Translations under genes and position numbers: made by a program
The notes under the pieces: generated by a model
The model's input: the letters and a program-made list of their open reading frames with translations, nothing else
Told to the model about the DNA's origin: nothing
Databases searched by the model: none
From: Candidatus Dadabacteria bacterium
GTDB lineage: Bacteria; Desulfobacterota_D; UBA1144; Nemesobacterales; Nemesobacteraceae
Direction: 5' to 3'
Assembly (NCBI GenBank): GCA_028823955.1
Contig: JAPPFE010000032.1
Coordinates: forward strand, 48,892 to 112,891
DNA length: 64,000 bases
Shown here: positions 49,373 to 58,530 of the stretch, piece after piece
Layout: each line of letters begins with the position of its first letter
Numbering within the stretch: the first letter of the stretch is position 1

Positions 49373-51701
49373 CAGGTGTTGTTTTTTCTTCGTATACTTT
49401 CCTGATTGCGTCCGGAGTGATTTCTTTTTCAGATGCTACGTTGTATTCAATTAAGTCTTCGAAGTCAGCGTGGTCAAAGCCGAGTATCTCCTCTTCCTTT
49501 ATCTCCACGTGACGTATGATCTGTGGTTCAAGTCTCTCACCATTTGCTCCCACATCACGGAAAATCAGCTGAATTCTGTGCCAGTCATCATAGAAATACT
49601 CTTGGAGAAGCGGGATAACCCGGAAAAGCAGTACATTTTTAAGCTCGGTAAAATCGCGCACTTTAATAAAGTAGGAATGCCCGATAGTCATATCTCTGCC
49701 CAGAAGAAATCTGATCCGGCGGTTTATCGTCCTAAGTAGTCTGCGAAGGTTAATGATTCCACCTTCACCGTCTTTTATTAGACCGTCGCCTGATGAGCCT
49801 TCGATCACCCTTGTCTCCGGCATCATTTCCCGGAACTGAAATCTGCGGCGAAGCGCTGTGTCAATAAGCGCTATTGAACGGTCGGCTGTATTCATCGTGC
49901 CGTAAACGTCCAGATTGGCGGGAACCCCGAATTGTTCCCCTGAATAAGGAAGGGTCAGAGTCATACCTGACTGGGGCGATCCATCTTCATACGCCCCTTG
50001 AACTCTTTTATCTGTCTCGAGTAGTGTGATGAGTTCTCCGAAAATGCTGGCGATATTCCCTCTGTTGATTTCATCAATGAAAATTGCGTACCGCTGGTCG
50101 GGGTCGGCTTTCGCCCTTCGGCAGATTCGCTTGAATACGCCAGGAACAACCTCGTATTTCACGTTTCCGTCTTTATCTGACTTAGGTCTTATACCTTCGA
50201 CGAAGTCTTCGTAGCTGTACGCCTGATGAAAGGTCACAAACTCGAATCGCTGATTATGCTTTTTGGGCTCATGATCCTGTTCACCTTCGAACCGTTCGTC
50301 GGGCAATTCCCGCTTTGGTCTGGCTTTCCATTTTTTGGCAAGTTCCACATGCCGTCTCCACTTATGATCCTTATCGCATTTCTCTTCCCAATCATTGACA
50401 AGATACCATCTCTTGTCGCGGTGCTGCTCAAATACAAAAGGCGGTCGGTCGTACTCGGTTTTTCTAACGAGCTCTGAACTTTTAGCACTATGATCGCTGA
50501 GGTATGTAGATATTGAGTTGCGGATGTTCTTATTGTTCGTCATGGGTTGTCTTATACGAACATACTCATGTTTTGATATCTCAGTGAGTGTTGCACCCCT
50601 GCCCAAGTCATACAATACCCCGATAATTATGTTTAGCCACTGTGGGTCAGATGACTCAAATTCTTGGCGGAGCCAATCTTCTCTGGTCTGGTCTTGCTTT
50701 TTACTCGAAGTTTCTGTCGGCTGACTTTGTTTTTTGCCAGAGTATTTTCCAGTTAGCTTATTGAGCCGATAAGTTTTTCCGGTTCCAGGTGGGCCGTAAA
50801 AAATCAGATTGAGGGGTTTTTCACTCATTACTTTGGTTAAGGGGGCTTTGCCTGATTTCTCGTCGGTTTTTTTATCGATTGGCTGAGGTTCTTCTCCGTT
50901 TTTTGAATTTTCATTTTGCCATTCATTCAAAGGCGGGTTATAAAAATCAAGTTCGGAAGTTCCGTGCTCTTTTTCTTTCTCGCGTCGTATTTCAAGAAGA
51001 AGGTGGTCTATCTCCACAGGCGACAGTTTCTGGTCTGCTCCTCCTTTGAACTTTCTGACGATTTTTTCTCGATGCTCTGCGCTGAATATGCGCTCAAAGC
51101 TATCGGGGAAGAGTAAAAACAGAATCATATGACGTGACTGGCGAGTAGCACTTCCAGGAATCTGTTCAATCCACTTGGCAAAACCCCATCCATCGGAGAG
51201 AAGCAGTTCCTCTCGCCTCGTTGCCGGAAACTTTTTCAATTCAATCATAAGCAGAATGAAAAATTCCCATTCCCACGCAAGTCTGGAAAAAATGCCTGCG
51301 CCAACATTACCTATTCCTGCCAGAACATCGTCTTCAAGCCATTTGGAGTTTTCGGGAAATGACTTGCCCGACCTCTCCCAGATGGTCTTGATGTCTTCGC
51401 GTTTTTTTTGGATTTTGTACTTGTCGTGGCACAAAGACATCAGCCACCATATTTCCGCAGCCAGTTGTTTGATTTCGGGTGGTCTTGCTTGAAGAAGATT
51501 TTCCAGCTGTTCGGTGAACTTGTCTTTGTTCTTATTGAGTTGCTTTATGAGATGTTGGTTGAGTTCTTCAAAATAGCCGATTTTCCATATCTCTGTATCT
51601 TCAAATACCCCCTTGTCTGATATCAGGGATGTGTGTTTCCAGTGCTCGGTAGCCTCTAATATGGGCCCGGCGACATTGTTCTTGCCTACATAACGGCTCA
51701 T
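49365..51701 (-). CDS. mcrB: McrB-family GTPase (AAA+) restriction subunit with a novel N-terminal domain and a large internal insertion
   Basis: Walker A LIFYGPPGTGKT, FHQAYSYEDFVEGIRP, Walker B FIDEINRGNIASIFGEL, and the McrB GTPase signature GTMNTADRSIALIDTALRRRFQF. Start moved to ATG 51701 (MSRYVGK...), because the track ORF overlaps nrdJ. Confidence 0.85.
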   Translation of the reverse strand: MSRYVGKNNVAGPILEATEHWKHTSLISDKGVFEDTEIWKIGYFEELNQHLIKQLNKNKDKFTEQLENLLQARPPEIKQLAAEIWWLMSLCHDKYKIQKKREDIKTIWERSGKSFPENSKWLEDDVLAGIGNVGAGIFSRLAWEWEFFILLMIELKKFPATRREELLLSDGWGFAKWIEQIPGSATRQSRHMILFLLFPDSFERIFSAEHREKIVRKFKGGADQKLSPVEIDHLLLEIRREKEKEHGTSELDFYNPPLNEWQNENSKNGEEPQPIDKKTDEKSGKAPLTKVMSEKPLNLIFYGPPGTGKTYRLNKLTGKYSGKKQSQPTETSSKKQDQTREDWLRQEFESSDPQWLNIIIGVLYDLGRGATLTEISKHEYVRIRQPMTNNKNIRNSISTYLSDHSAKSSELVRKTEYDRPPFVFEQHRDKRWYLVNDWEEKCDKDHKWRRHVELAKKWKARPKRELPDERFEGEQDHEPKKHNQRFEFVTFHQAYSYEDFVEGIRPKSDKDGNVKYEVVPGVFKRICRRAKADPDQRYAIFIDEINRGNIASIFGELITLLETDKRVQGAYEDGSPQSGMTLTLPYSGEQFGVPANLDVYGTMNTADRSIALIDTALRRRFQFREMMPETRVIEGSSGDGLIKDGEGGIINLRRLLRTINRRIRFLLGRDMTIGHSYFIKVRDFTELKNVLLFRVIPLLQEYFYDDWHRIQLIFRDVGANGERLEPQIIRHVEIKEEEILGFDHADFEDLIEYNVASEKEITPDAIRKVYEEKTTPDV

Positions 51702-51783
51702 TTGGCGATTGCTTCTTTTCAGTAAAAGGCTCGTATCGCTACTGTTTGTCTTCGGGGCATTGAAACTGTGGAGAAATGCCTTG

Positions 51784-54261
51784 CTAGTTGCACTTCGAGA
51801 ATCCGCATTCCCTGCAGGTAAAGCAGCCGGATTCATATGCAAGTGCTCTGCTTCCGCATTCGGGGCACTGCTCAAACATAAGGTCCGTTGAAACCTTCTG
51901 GGCAGAACCGTTTACCTCCACGGCGGGATTGGCTTCGTCGCCGGCTTTTTCCTTTGCCACGAAGTGACTTCTCAGCACCTTAGCTATGGCATCGGGGACG
52001 GACATTACGACACTTCCCCCTGAAAAAACTGGTGAGGAACCTCCAATGGCTTCCAGCTGTTCCACGACATCCCTGACATCGACCCCGGACCTCAGAGACA
52101 GAGATATTAGTCTTCCAGTTGCCTCGGCATCCGCCATTGTGGTAAATCCAGATTTTCCAATCTGGACGAAAACTTCAAACGGCTTGCCTTCATGACTGTT
52201 GACAGTCACGTAGAGATTCCCGTACCCAGTTTTTATCGCTTCGGTAAAACCTTCCAAGACACGTGGTCTGGTGACAGGTTTTACCGCTTCTTTTTGAGTG
52301 GGATGAGGGGATGGTGTGAGGTTGGAGTGGGTGGTTGACATCCCTTCATCCCGGGGTGGAGAGCTTGTTTTATCTTTCGCTTGTTCTTCCGTTATCAATA
52401 TTCCTTCCCTGGAGCCTTCCCTGTAGACGGTTACTCCCTTGCAGCCGAGCTTCCAGGAGAGGAAATATATTCTCTCTACCTCCTCAAGGCTTATATCCTT
52501 GGGGAGATTAACGGTGCTTGATATGCATGAATCTATGTGCTTTTGAATAGCGGCCTGCATGCGGACCCGCTGTTCCGGCTTTATCTCGTGTGAGGTAACG
52601 AAGGTGTCCGGAAGGTCCGCCTCGTCATCCAAACCGAATTTCTCCATGTACTCAGACACCAGAGGGTGATAGACTTTGAATTCCCCTTCCGACAGGGATT
52701 CTGAGCGCCTGAGGTAGGACAGGGCGAACATGGGCTCAACCCCGCTTGTGGTTCCAGCGAGAACCGAACCGCTTCCGACGGGCGGAACCGTGAGTATGCA
52801 CGCATTTCTAAGGCCCTGTTTTTTTATCTTGGTCATCACGTTGTCGCGCATGGTTTTTACGAACGGATTCGCAATATGGGTTTCCAGGTCAAACACGGGG
52901 AAAGTTCCCTTCTCCTGGGCAAGGTCTGAACTGGCCTCGTAAACTATGTTCTTTACATGCTCGAAAAGCTCGTCGGTGAACTTTATGCCTTCATCCGTGT
53001 CATATTTTATGTTGAGCTTGGCGAGCATATCTCCCAGGCCCGTGAACCCGACCCCTATTCTCCTCGACCTCAAAGACGCTTTTGTCTGAAAGCTTAGGGG
53101 ATGCTTCTCCATGTTGTAATCCAGTATATCGTCAAGGAACCTGACGCTGTATTGAAAAGCCTTTTCAAGTTCTTCCCATTCTATCGCGGCGTCTTTTTCA
53201 AAGGCGTTTTTGACGAACATGGCGAGGTTCACGTTCCCAAGGCAGCAGTTGCCGTAGTCCTCAAGCGCCTGCTCGCTGCAGGGGTTTACGCCGTTTACTT
53301 CCATGTTGGCGTATTCGGTCGGAGAGTATCTTTTAACCGTGTCCCAGAATATAAGTCCGGGCTCGGCCGAGGACCATGCTGACTGAACGAGCTTGTCCCA
53401 TATCTTGCGGGCACGCACGGTTCTTTTTATCTCGGTTTTCTCGTTTGAGAAGCTGAGTTCGTAGTCAGTGTCTTTTTCCACGGCCTCCATGAATTCGTCA
53501 TCCACCTTCACCGAGATATTGGCGAACTGGACCTTTGATCTTGCCTCGTCGTTCTTTATGTCGAGAAATTCCATTATGTCGGGGTGGTTGACCTTGATGG
53601 TTATCATGAGCGCCCCTCTTCTTCCCGCCTGTCCTATGGTTCCGGTGGTTGTGGACAGAAGGTCCATGAACGATACCGCCCCCGTTGAGTATATGGCCGA
53701 ATTGTTCACCGGCGAGCCTTTCGGCCTCAAGATAGATATATCGGTTCCAACTCCTCCGCCGAAAGAGTAAGTCCTGGCTGCCTCCTTGCACCACTCGAAT
53801 ATTCCCTCTATGGAATCTTCCTTTATCGGCATGTAGTAGCAGTTAAGGAGCGTGGCCCTTCTTTTCTGGCCGGCGCCGAACAGTATTCTCCCGCCGGGGA
53901 TGAACTTGAAATCGGAGAGGAGCCAGTAGAAGTTTTCCTCCCACTGCTTTCTCAGTTCCTTTTTTTCCTCGGGGGACGCTATTTCCCTGGCCACCCTTCG
54001 CCACATCTGCTCCGGAGTTTTCTCCGTTATTTCTCCTTTTTCGTTGCGAAGAGCGTATTTCTCGTAGAAAACGCGTGCCCTGAGTGTGTCTCCGCCGAAG
54101 GCGTCGATGGTTTTCGCGGGAATTTCTATGGTGTCGCTTGGAGCTTTAACATGCTCCAGAGAGGGTTCCTGGATCTGGGTTTCTTGTTCATCGACGGCTG
54201 TAGTTTTAAGATCGGATGTTCCATTCGCAACGATTTCAGGGTGGTTTTTATCTCCAGGCAC
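51784..54261 (-). CDS. nrdJ: class II (adenosylcobalamin-dependent) ribonucleotide reductase
   Basis: GTG start with AGGAGG 6 nt upstream. NPCSEQALEDYGNCCLGNVNL, VPPVGSGSVLAGTTSGVEP and a C-terminal CPECG...CFTCRECG zinc ribbon. 825 aa. Confidence 0.93.
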   Translation of the reverse strand: MPGDKNHPEIVANGTSDLKTTAVDEQETQIQEPSLEHVKAPSDTIEIPAKTIDAFGGDTLRARVFYEKYALRNEKGEITEKTPEQMWRRVAREIASPEEKKELRKQWEENFYWLLSDFKFIPGGRILFGAGQKRRATLLNCYYMPIKEDSIEGIFEWCKEAARTYSFGGGVGTDISILRPKGSPVNNSAIYSTGAVSFMDLLSTTTGTIGQAGRRGALMITIKVNHPDIMEFLDIKNDEARSKVQFANISVKVDDEFMEAVEKDTDYELSFSNEKTEIKRTVRARKIWDKLVQSAWSSAEPGLIFWDTVKRYSPTEYANMEVNGVNPCSEQALEDYGNCCLGNVNLAMFVKNAFEKDAAIEWEELEKAFQYSVRFLDDILDYNMEKHPLSFQTKASLRSRRIGVGFTGLGDMLAKLNIKYDTDEGIKFTDELFEHVKNIVYEASSDLAQEKGTFPVFDLETHIANPFVKTMRDNVMTKIKKQGLRNACILTVPPVGSGSVLAGTTSGVEPMFALSYLRRSESLSEGEFKVYHPLVSEYMEKFGLDDEADLPDTFVTSHEIKPEQRVRMQAAIQKHIDSCISSTVNLPKDISLEEVERIYFLSWKLGCKGVTVYREGSREGILITEEQAKDKTSSPPRDEGMSTTHSNLTPSPHPTQKEAVKPVTRPRVLEGFTEAIKTGYGNLYVTVNSHEGKPFEVFVQIGKSGFTTMADAEATGRLISLSLRSGVDVRDVVEQLEAIGGSSPVFSGGSVVMSVPDAIAKVLRSHFVAKEKAGDEANPAVEVNGSAQKVSTDLMFEQCPECGSRALAYESGCFTCRECGFSKCN

Positions 54262-54307
54262 GCTTTCCTCCTTTTCTGTTCCTTATAAACACTTCCTTCC
54301 GGTCTAT

Positions 54308-54373
54308 GCACAAGATGTATTGCTTATCTTGTGCGTGGATTTTATTTAAACACAATATATTGATACTTGTCAA
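54308..54373 (-). promoter_or_regulatory. nrdJ promoter with an NrdR-box-like operator and a downstream 9-bp perfect inverted repeat
   Basis: The minus strand has TTGACA (54368-54373), an 18-nt spacer and TTAAAT. The spacer contains TATCAATATATTGTGT (54350-54365), a 13/16 match to the NrdR box consensus acaCwAtATaTwGtgt. GCACAAGAT-N9-ATCTTGTGC lies at 54308-54334. Confidence 0.45.
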
Positions 54374-54599
54374 GGAACTATTTTGTTTTCGTTAAGATAA
54401 AATTAAAAGGGTTTTTGCAAAGAGAGATCATCGGACCCTGAAATTCAAGTGAGATCAGGTGCTTGCCTCTTCACCCTGAAAGTTTTTCGGCAGCTATGAA
54501 ACGATAAAATTTTTCTTCACAAGTGCGGAGGGGAAGATTCAGAGTCGGATAGTACGGCTCTTGTGAGAGCCCTGTTTCCCTGTGTTATACTCTCAGGAT

Positions 54600-55238
54600 A
54601 TGAGAAAGGAAGAAGTTTTTGCCGCGGGGGGAACCGAAGCAGTCTCCGAGGTGCTGGATTTCTGGTTCGGCGAGCTGCGCGAGGGAGAGCTGCCGGATAA
54701 AGAGAAGCAGATGACTTGGTGGGCGAAATCGGAGGAGTTCGACGATCTCGTAAGGCGGGGGTTCGAGAAATATGTCCTGTTTGCCGAAAAAGGGGAACTT
54801 TTCCGCTGGCTCGAAACCCCCTTGGGCACAGTGGCGTTTATAGTCGTCGTCGATCAGTTTCCAAGGAACATCTACCGCGACACACCGGGAGCGTTTTCAA
54901 CGGACTCGCTGGCTCTTCGCGCCTGTCTTCGGGGCATTGAGAAGGGATTTGACAGGGACCTTCACCCGGCGCACAGGACGTTTTTCTACCTGCCGCTTAT
55001 GCACTCGGAGGACCTTGAGATCCAGAAGATGAGTGTTCTTAAGTACTCCGCTCTTGAAAACGAGTATGCCTCGCACCCCCAAATCAAGGAAACCCTTGCC
55101 TGTTCAACGGATTTTGCGGGACGGCACTTTGACATAATAAAGAAATTCGGAAGATATCCCCACAGAAACGCGGCTTTGGGAAGAGAATCCACCCCGGAAG
55201 AAACCGAGTTTCTAAAAGAGCCTGGAAGTTCTTTCTGA
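54600..55238 (+). CDS. DUF924 family protein
   Basis: VLDFWFGEL..., WWAKSEEFD, VVDQFPRNIYR and RYPHRNAALGRESTPEE match the DUF924 pattern as I remember it. ATG 54600 is preferred over GTG 54582. Confidence 0.75.
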   Translation: MRKEEVFAAGGTEAVSEVLDFWFGELREGELPDKEKQMTWWAKSEEFDDLVRRGFEKYVLFAEKGELFRWLETPLGTVAFIVVVDQFPRNIYRDTPGAFSTDSLALRACLRGIEKGFDRDLHPAHRTFFYLPLMHSEDLEIQKMSVLKYSALENEYASHPQIKETLACSTDFAGRHFDIIKKFGRYPHRNAALGRESTPEETEFLKEPGSSF

Positions 55239-55343
55239 ATTCTTTCCACTGACTTTTTTTATTGTTTAAGGTTATTCAAGCGGGTATTTATATGATGGCC
55301 GCAACGCAGGGCGGGCGTATTTTGTATCAGGGAGAACGTTTGA

Positions 55344-56435
55344 TTGAATATCGAGGAAATATTTAGCCGGACTTACTTGGGCAATCCCACCGAATCGTGG
55401 CTCTGGGCTCTGGGGGCGGCGATTGTTTTAGCCTTAGTTTTTAACTTCATTCTGAAAAGGTTCGTAAGGGGGTTTGCCAATCTTGCCGAGAAGACCGAGA
55501 CAGATCTCGACGATCTGGTTTCAGCACTCTTAGGAAAAACCAGCATAGTGCTGATCATAATTTTTTCGGTCTACGTGGCTACCTTCTTCCTTGACCTCAC
55601 CCAGCAGGTAAGGGAATTCCGGAAAAGCGTGGTGATTATCTGTCTTCTCCTTCAGATCGGTTTATGGGGAGGAGGTTTCATCGACTACTACGTAGCGAAA
55701 AAGCTCTCGAAAATCGGCTCCGGTTCCGGCGCTTCCATAACGCACATAAGGAGTCTGGGTTTTTTCGCAAAATCGGTCCTCTGGATAATTCTCGTAATTC
55801 TAACGATCGACAACCTAGGTTTTGATCCGACTACGATAATCGCCGGGCTCGGCGTGGGCGGTATAGCAGTGGCGCTTGCTCTCCAGAATGTTCTGGGCGA
55901 CCTGATAGCTTCGCTTTCCATTATTTTCGACAAGCCTTTTGAAGTCGGGGATTTCATAGTAGTGGACGATATAAGGGGGGATGTCGAGCACATAGGGCTT
56001 AAGACCACGCGCCTCAGGAGTCTTTCCGGCGAGCAGCTTGTTTTATCGAATAACGACCTGCTTCAAAGCCGCATAAAAAACTACAAGAGGATGGATTCCC
56101 GCAGGATTAATTTTTTTCTGGGCGTGATTTACGAGACGTCCTACGATAACGTTGAGAGAATCCCCGGGCTGATAAAAGATATAATAGAGTCGGAAGAGAA
56201 AGCGAGGTTCGTCAGAGCGCATTTCAGCAGTTACGGTGATTTTTCCCTTAACTACGACATAGTCTACTTTGTTCTTAGTCCTTTATTTGATGATTATATG
56301 GATATACAGCAGAGGATTAATCTGAAGATATTCAAAAAGTTCTCCGATGAGGGAATAGAGTTTGCCTATCCCACACGCAAGATCTTTCTTGATTCGGTAG
56401 AAGCTGCGTCGACCGGCGCAGGGGCGGGAGACTGA
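55344..56435 (+). CDS. mechanosensitive ion channel (MscS family)
   Basis: TTG start with GGAGAA 7 nt upstream. TM helices followed by GVGGIAVALALQNVLGDLIASLSIIFDKPFEVGDFI, which is the MscS core. Confidence 0.85.
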   Translation: MNIEEIFSRTYLGNPTESWLWALGAAIVLALVFNFILKRFVRGFANLAEKTETDLDDLVSALLGKTSIVLIIIFSVYVATFFLDLTQQVREFRKSVVIICLLLQIGLWGGGFIDYYVAKKLSKIGSGSGASITHIRSLGFFAKSVLWIILVILTIDNLGFDPTTIIAGLGVGGIAVALALQNVLGDLIASLSIIFDKPFEVGDFIVVDDIRGDVEHIGLKTTRLRSLSGEQLVLSNNDLLQSRIKNYKRMDSRRINFFLGVIYETSYDNVERIPGLIKDIIESEEKARFVRAHFSSYGDFSLNYDIVYFVLSPLFDDYMDIQQRINLKIFKKFSDEGIEFAYPTRKIFLDSVEAASTGAGAGD

Positions 56436-56436
56436 A

Positions 56437-57822
56437 TTGGCCAAAAAAGCGTGGGGAGGCCGCTTTGCTTCCCAGACACACAATATCGCCGAGAAGTTCT
56501 CAGAATCGGTAAGTTTCGACAGGCGTCTTTACAAAGAAGACATAAGGGGAAGTATCGCCCACGTGAAGATGCTTTGCGAGACCGGGATTATTTCCCGTAA
56601 AGACGCATCCCGAATAACCAAGGGTCTTCGGGAGATCGAAAAGGAAATAGACCGCGGGGAGTTTGCCTTCAGCGAGAGCTACGAGGATATCCATCTCAAC
56701 ATAGAAAAAAGGCTTATAGAGAAAACGGGGTCTTCGGGTGCCATGGTACACACCGCAAGGAGCAGGAACGACCAAGTTCTAACCGACACGAGGCTTTACC
56801 TGAGGGGGGAGACAGAAGAGATAATTTCACTTGTGTGCGCCTTGGCGGAGCAGTTCGTTGAACTTTCCGCAAAGAACCTGGGGGTGGTCATTCCTCTCTA
56901 CACCCACATGCAGCGTGCGCAGCCGGTGCTTCTGTCCCACCATCTTCTGGCTTACTACGAAATGCTGAAGCGCGACCGCGAGAGGTTTGTTAACTGCCTT
57001 GCAAGGGTGAATGTGAGCCCGCTTGGAAGCTGTGCCGGGGCGGGAACCTCGTTTCCGATAGACAGGAAGATGACCGCCGAAGAGCTGGGTTTCAAGTCAG
57101 TTTCCAGAAACAGCATTGACGCTGTAAGCGACCGTGATTTCTGCGCGGAGTTCGTATTCTGCTGCTCGATTCTGATGATGCACCTGAGCAGGCTTTCCGA
57201 GGAACTTGTTTTGTGGAGCGCAAAGGAGTTTGACTTCGTTGACCTCGGGGACGGGTTCACCACGGGTTCCAGCATAATGCCCCAGAAAAAGAATCCCGAC
57301 ATGTCGGAACTCACCCGGGGAAAAACCGCCAGGGTCTACGGAAACCTGAGCGCGCTTCTGACCTTGATGAAAGGACTTCCGCTTTCCTACAACAGGGACA
57401 TGCAGGAGGATAAAGAGCCTCTTTTCGATACCGCTGACACGGTAAAGCTTTGCCTTCGGGTTAATGTCGAGATGCTGAAGACGCTTGAATTCAAGGAAGA
57501 GAACATGAAGAAGGCCCTTGAGGGAGGCTTCGTTACCGCGACCGACGTGGCGGACTACCTGGCCCGCAAGGGTGTCCCGTTCCGTTCGGCCCACGAAACC
57601 GTGGGGAAGATAGTTTCTTACGCCGAGCGGGGGGGGAAGGAACTTTCAGATCTTAAGCTTTCCGAATTCCGCAGGTTTTCCAGAAAAATCGACGAGGACC
57701 TTTTCAAGGTGATAACGTTCTCGGGTTCCGTTGAGAGCAGGAATTCCCTGGGCGGCACTTCAACCTCGAACGTGAGAAAAGAAATAGCAAGTGCCAGAAG
57801 GTTCCTCAAAAGATGCATGTAG
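56437..57822 (+). CDS. argH: argininosuccinate lyase
   Basis: TTG start (no in-frame ATG is available). AKKAWGGRF..., HTARSRNDQV and GSSIMPQKKNPD (fumarate-lyase signature). Confidence 0.95.
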   Translation: MAKKAWGGRFASQTHNIAEKFSESVSFDRRLYKEDIRGSIAHVKMLCETGIISRKDASRITKGLREIEKEIDRGEFAFSESYEDIHLNIEKRLIEKTGSSGAMVHTARSRNDQVLTDTRLYLRGETEEIISLVCALAEQFVELSAKNLGVVIPLYTHMQRAQPVLLSHHLLAYYEMLKRDRERFVNCLARVNVSPLGSCAGAGTSFPIDRKMTAEELGFKSVSRNSIDAVSDRDFCAEFVFCCSILMMHLSRLSEELVLWSAKEFDFVDLGDGFTTGSSIMPQKKNPDMSELTRGKTARVYGNLSALLTLMKGLPLSYNRDMQEDKEPLFDTADTVKLCLRVNVEMLKTLEFKEENMKKALEGGFVTATDVADYLARKGVPFRSAHETVGKIVSYAERGGKELSDLKLSEFRRFSRKIDEDLFKVITFSGSVESRNSLGGTSTSNVRKEIASARRFLKRCM

Positions 57823-57873
57823 CCGTTTTTCCGGAAGAGTCGGCAATCGTTTTCATTCTGTTTGCGGTGCGCC

Positions 57874-58515
57874 ATGGGTTTTAAGCTTGGGGGACTTTAC
57901 GTGATTACCGACGAGGGGCTGATTCCGCGCGGTTCTTTCTGCGAAACAGTTGAGAAATCGTTAGCGGGGGGAGCCGACATAGTTCAGTTAAGGGACAAAA
58001 CTTCTCCGCGCTCGGAAGTCGTCGCCTTGGGCAGGGAACTTCTCGGCATTACGAAGAGATACGGCGTGCCGCTTATAATAAACGACTCCCCAGAACTCAT
58101 GATGGAAATAAAAGCCGACGGAGTGCATCTGGGCGAGGACGACCCGAACATAATACCCACGAGAAAGAAACTGGGTAACGGCGCTATCATAGGCGTTTCC
58201 TGTTACGGTTCTCTTCCAAGGGGTATACACGCCGAGAGAATGGGTGCCAATTACGTTGTTTTCGGAACTCCCTGGGCCACTCCGACAAAACCCGGCAGAA
58301 TCCCCACCCCTTTTGAGGCTCTGGTCGAGGCGAAAACCGCTATCACTGGGATTCCGATATTTGCCATAGGGGGAATATTCCCCCATAATGCGGCACAGGT
58401 GCTTGCTGCAGGGGTGGACGGTGTAGCTGTCATAACGAGTGTTTTTGGGTCAGATGATCCGGAAGGTGCTTCGAGGGATATTTGCTCCGTTCTTAAGGAT
58501 CACCCGGCTGTGTGA
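57874..58515 (+). CDS. thiE: thiamine-phosphate synthase
   Basis: LYVITDEGL..., GADIVQLRDK, DGVHLGEDD and PIFAIGGI. Confidence 0.9.
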   Translation: MGFKLGGLYVITDEGLIPRGSFCETVEKSLAGGADIVQLRDKTSPRSEVVALGRELLGITKRYGVPLIINDSPELMMEIKADGVHLGEDDPNIIPTRKKLGNGAIIGVSCYGSLPRGIHAERMGANYVVFGTPWATPTKPGRIPTPFEALVEAKTAITGIPIFAIGGIFPHNAAQVLAAGVDGVAVITSVFGSDDPEGASRDICSVLKDHPAV

Positions 58516-58530
58516 CCATGCGGGGAAACC

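Noticed and set aside
47758-51783. Mobile-element hallmarks around the McrBC islet: integrase, transposase, tRNA target, and flanking direct or inverted repeats.
   Set aside because: No such genes are present. By eye, the two junction sequences (47758-47800 and 51702-51783) share no repeat, so the islet is not called a mobile element.
54262-54600. Cobalamin riboswitch ahead of nrdJ.
   Set aside because: No B12 box or GGGAA/GCCACUG core on the nrdJ strand. The region is AT-rich promoter DNA with an NrdR-like box instead. B12 riboswitches usually repress B12-independent isozymes, not nrdJ.
57823-57873. TPP riboswitch upstream of thiE.
   Set aside because: Only ~50 nt separate argH from thiE, and none of the THI-box elements (CUGAGA ... 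ACCUGAUCUGGAUAAUGCCAGCG-like) is present. thiE appears to be co-transcribed with argH.
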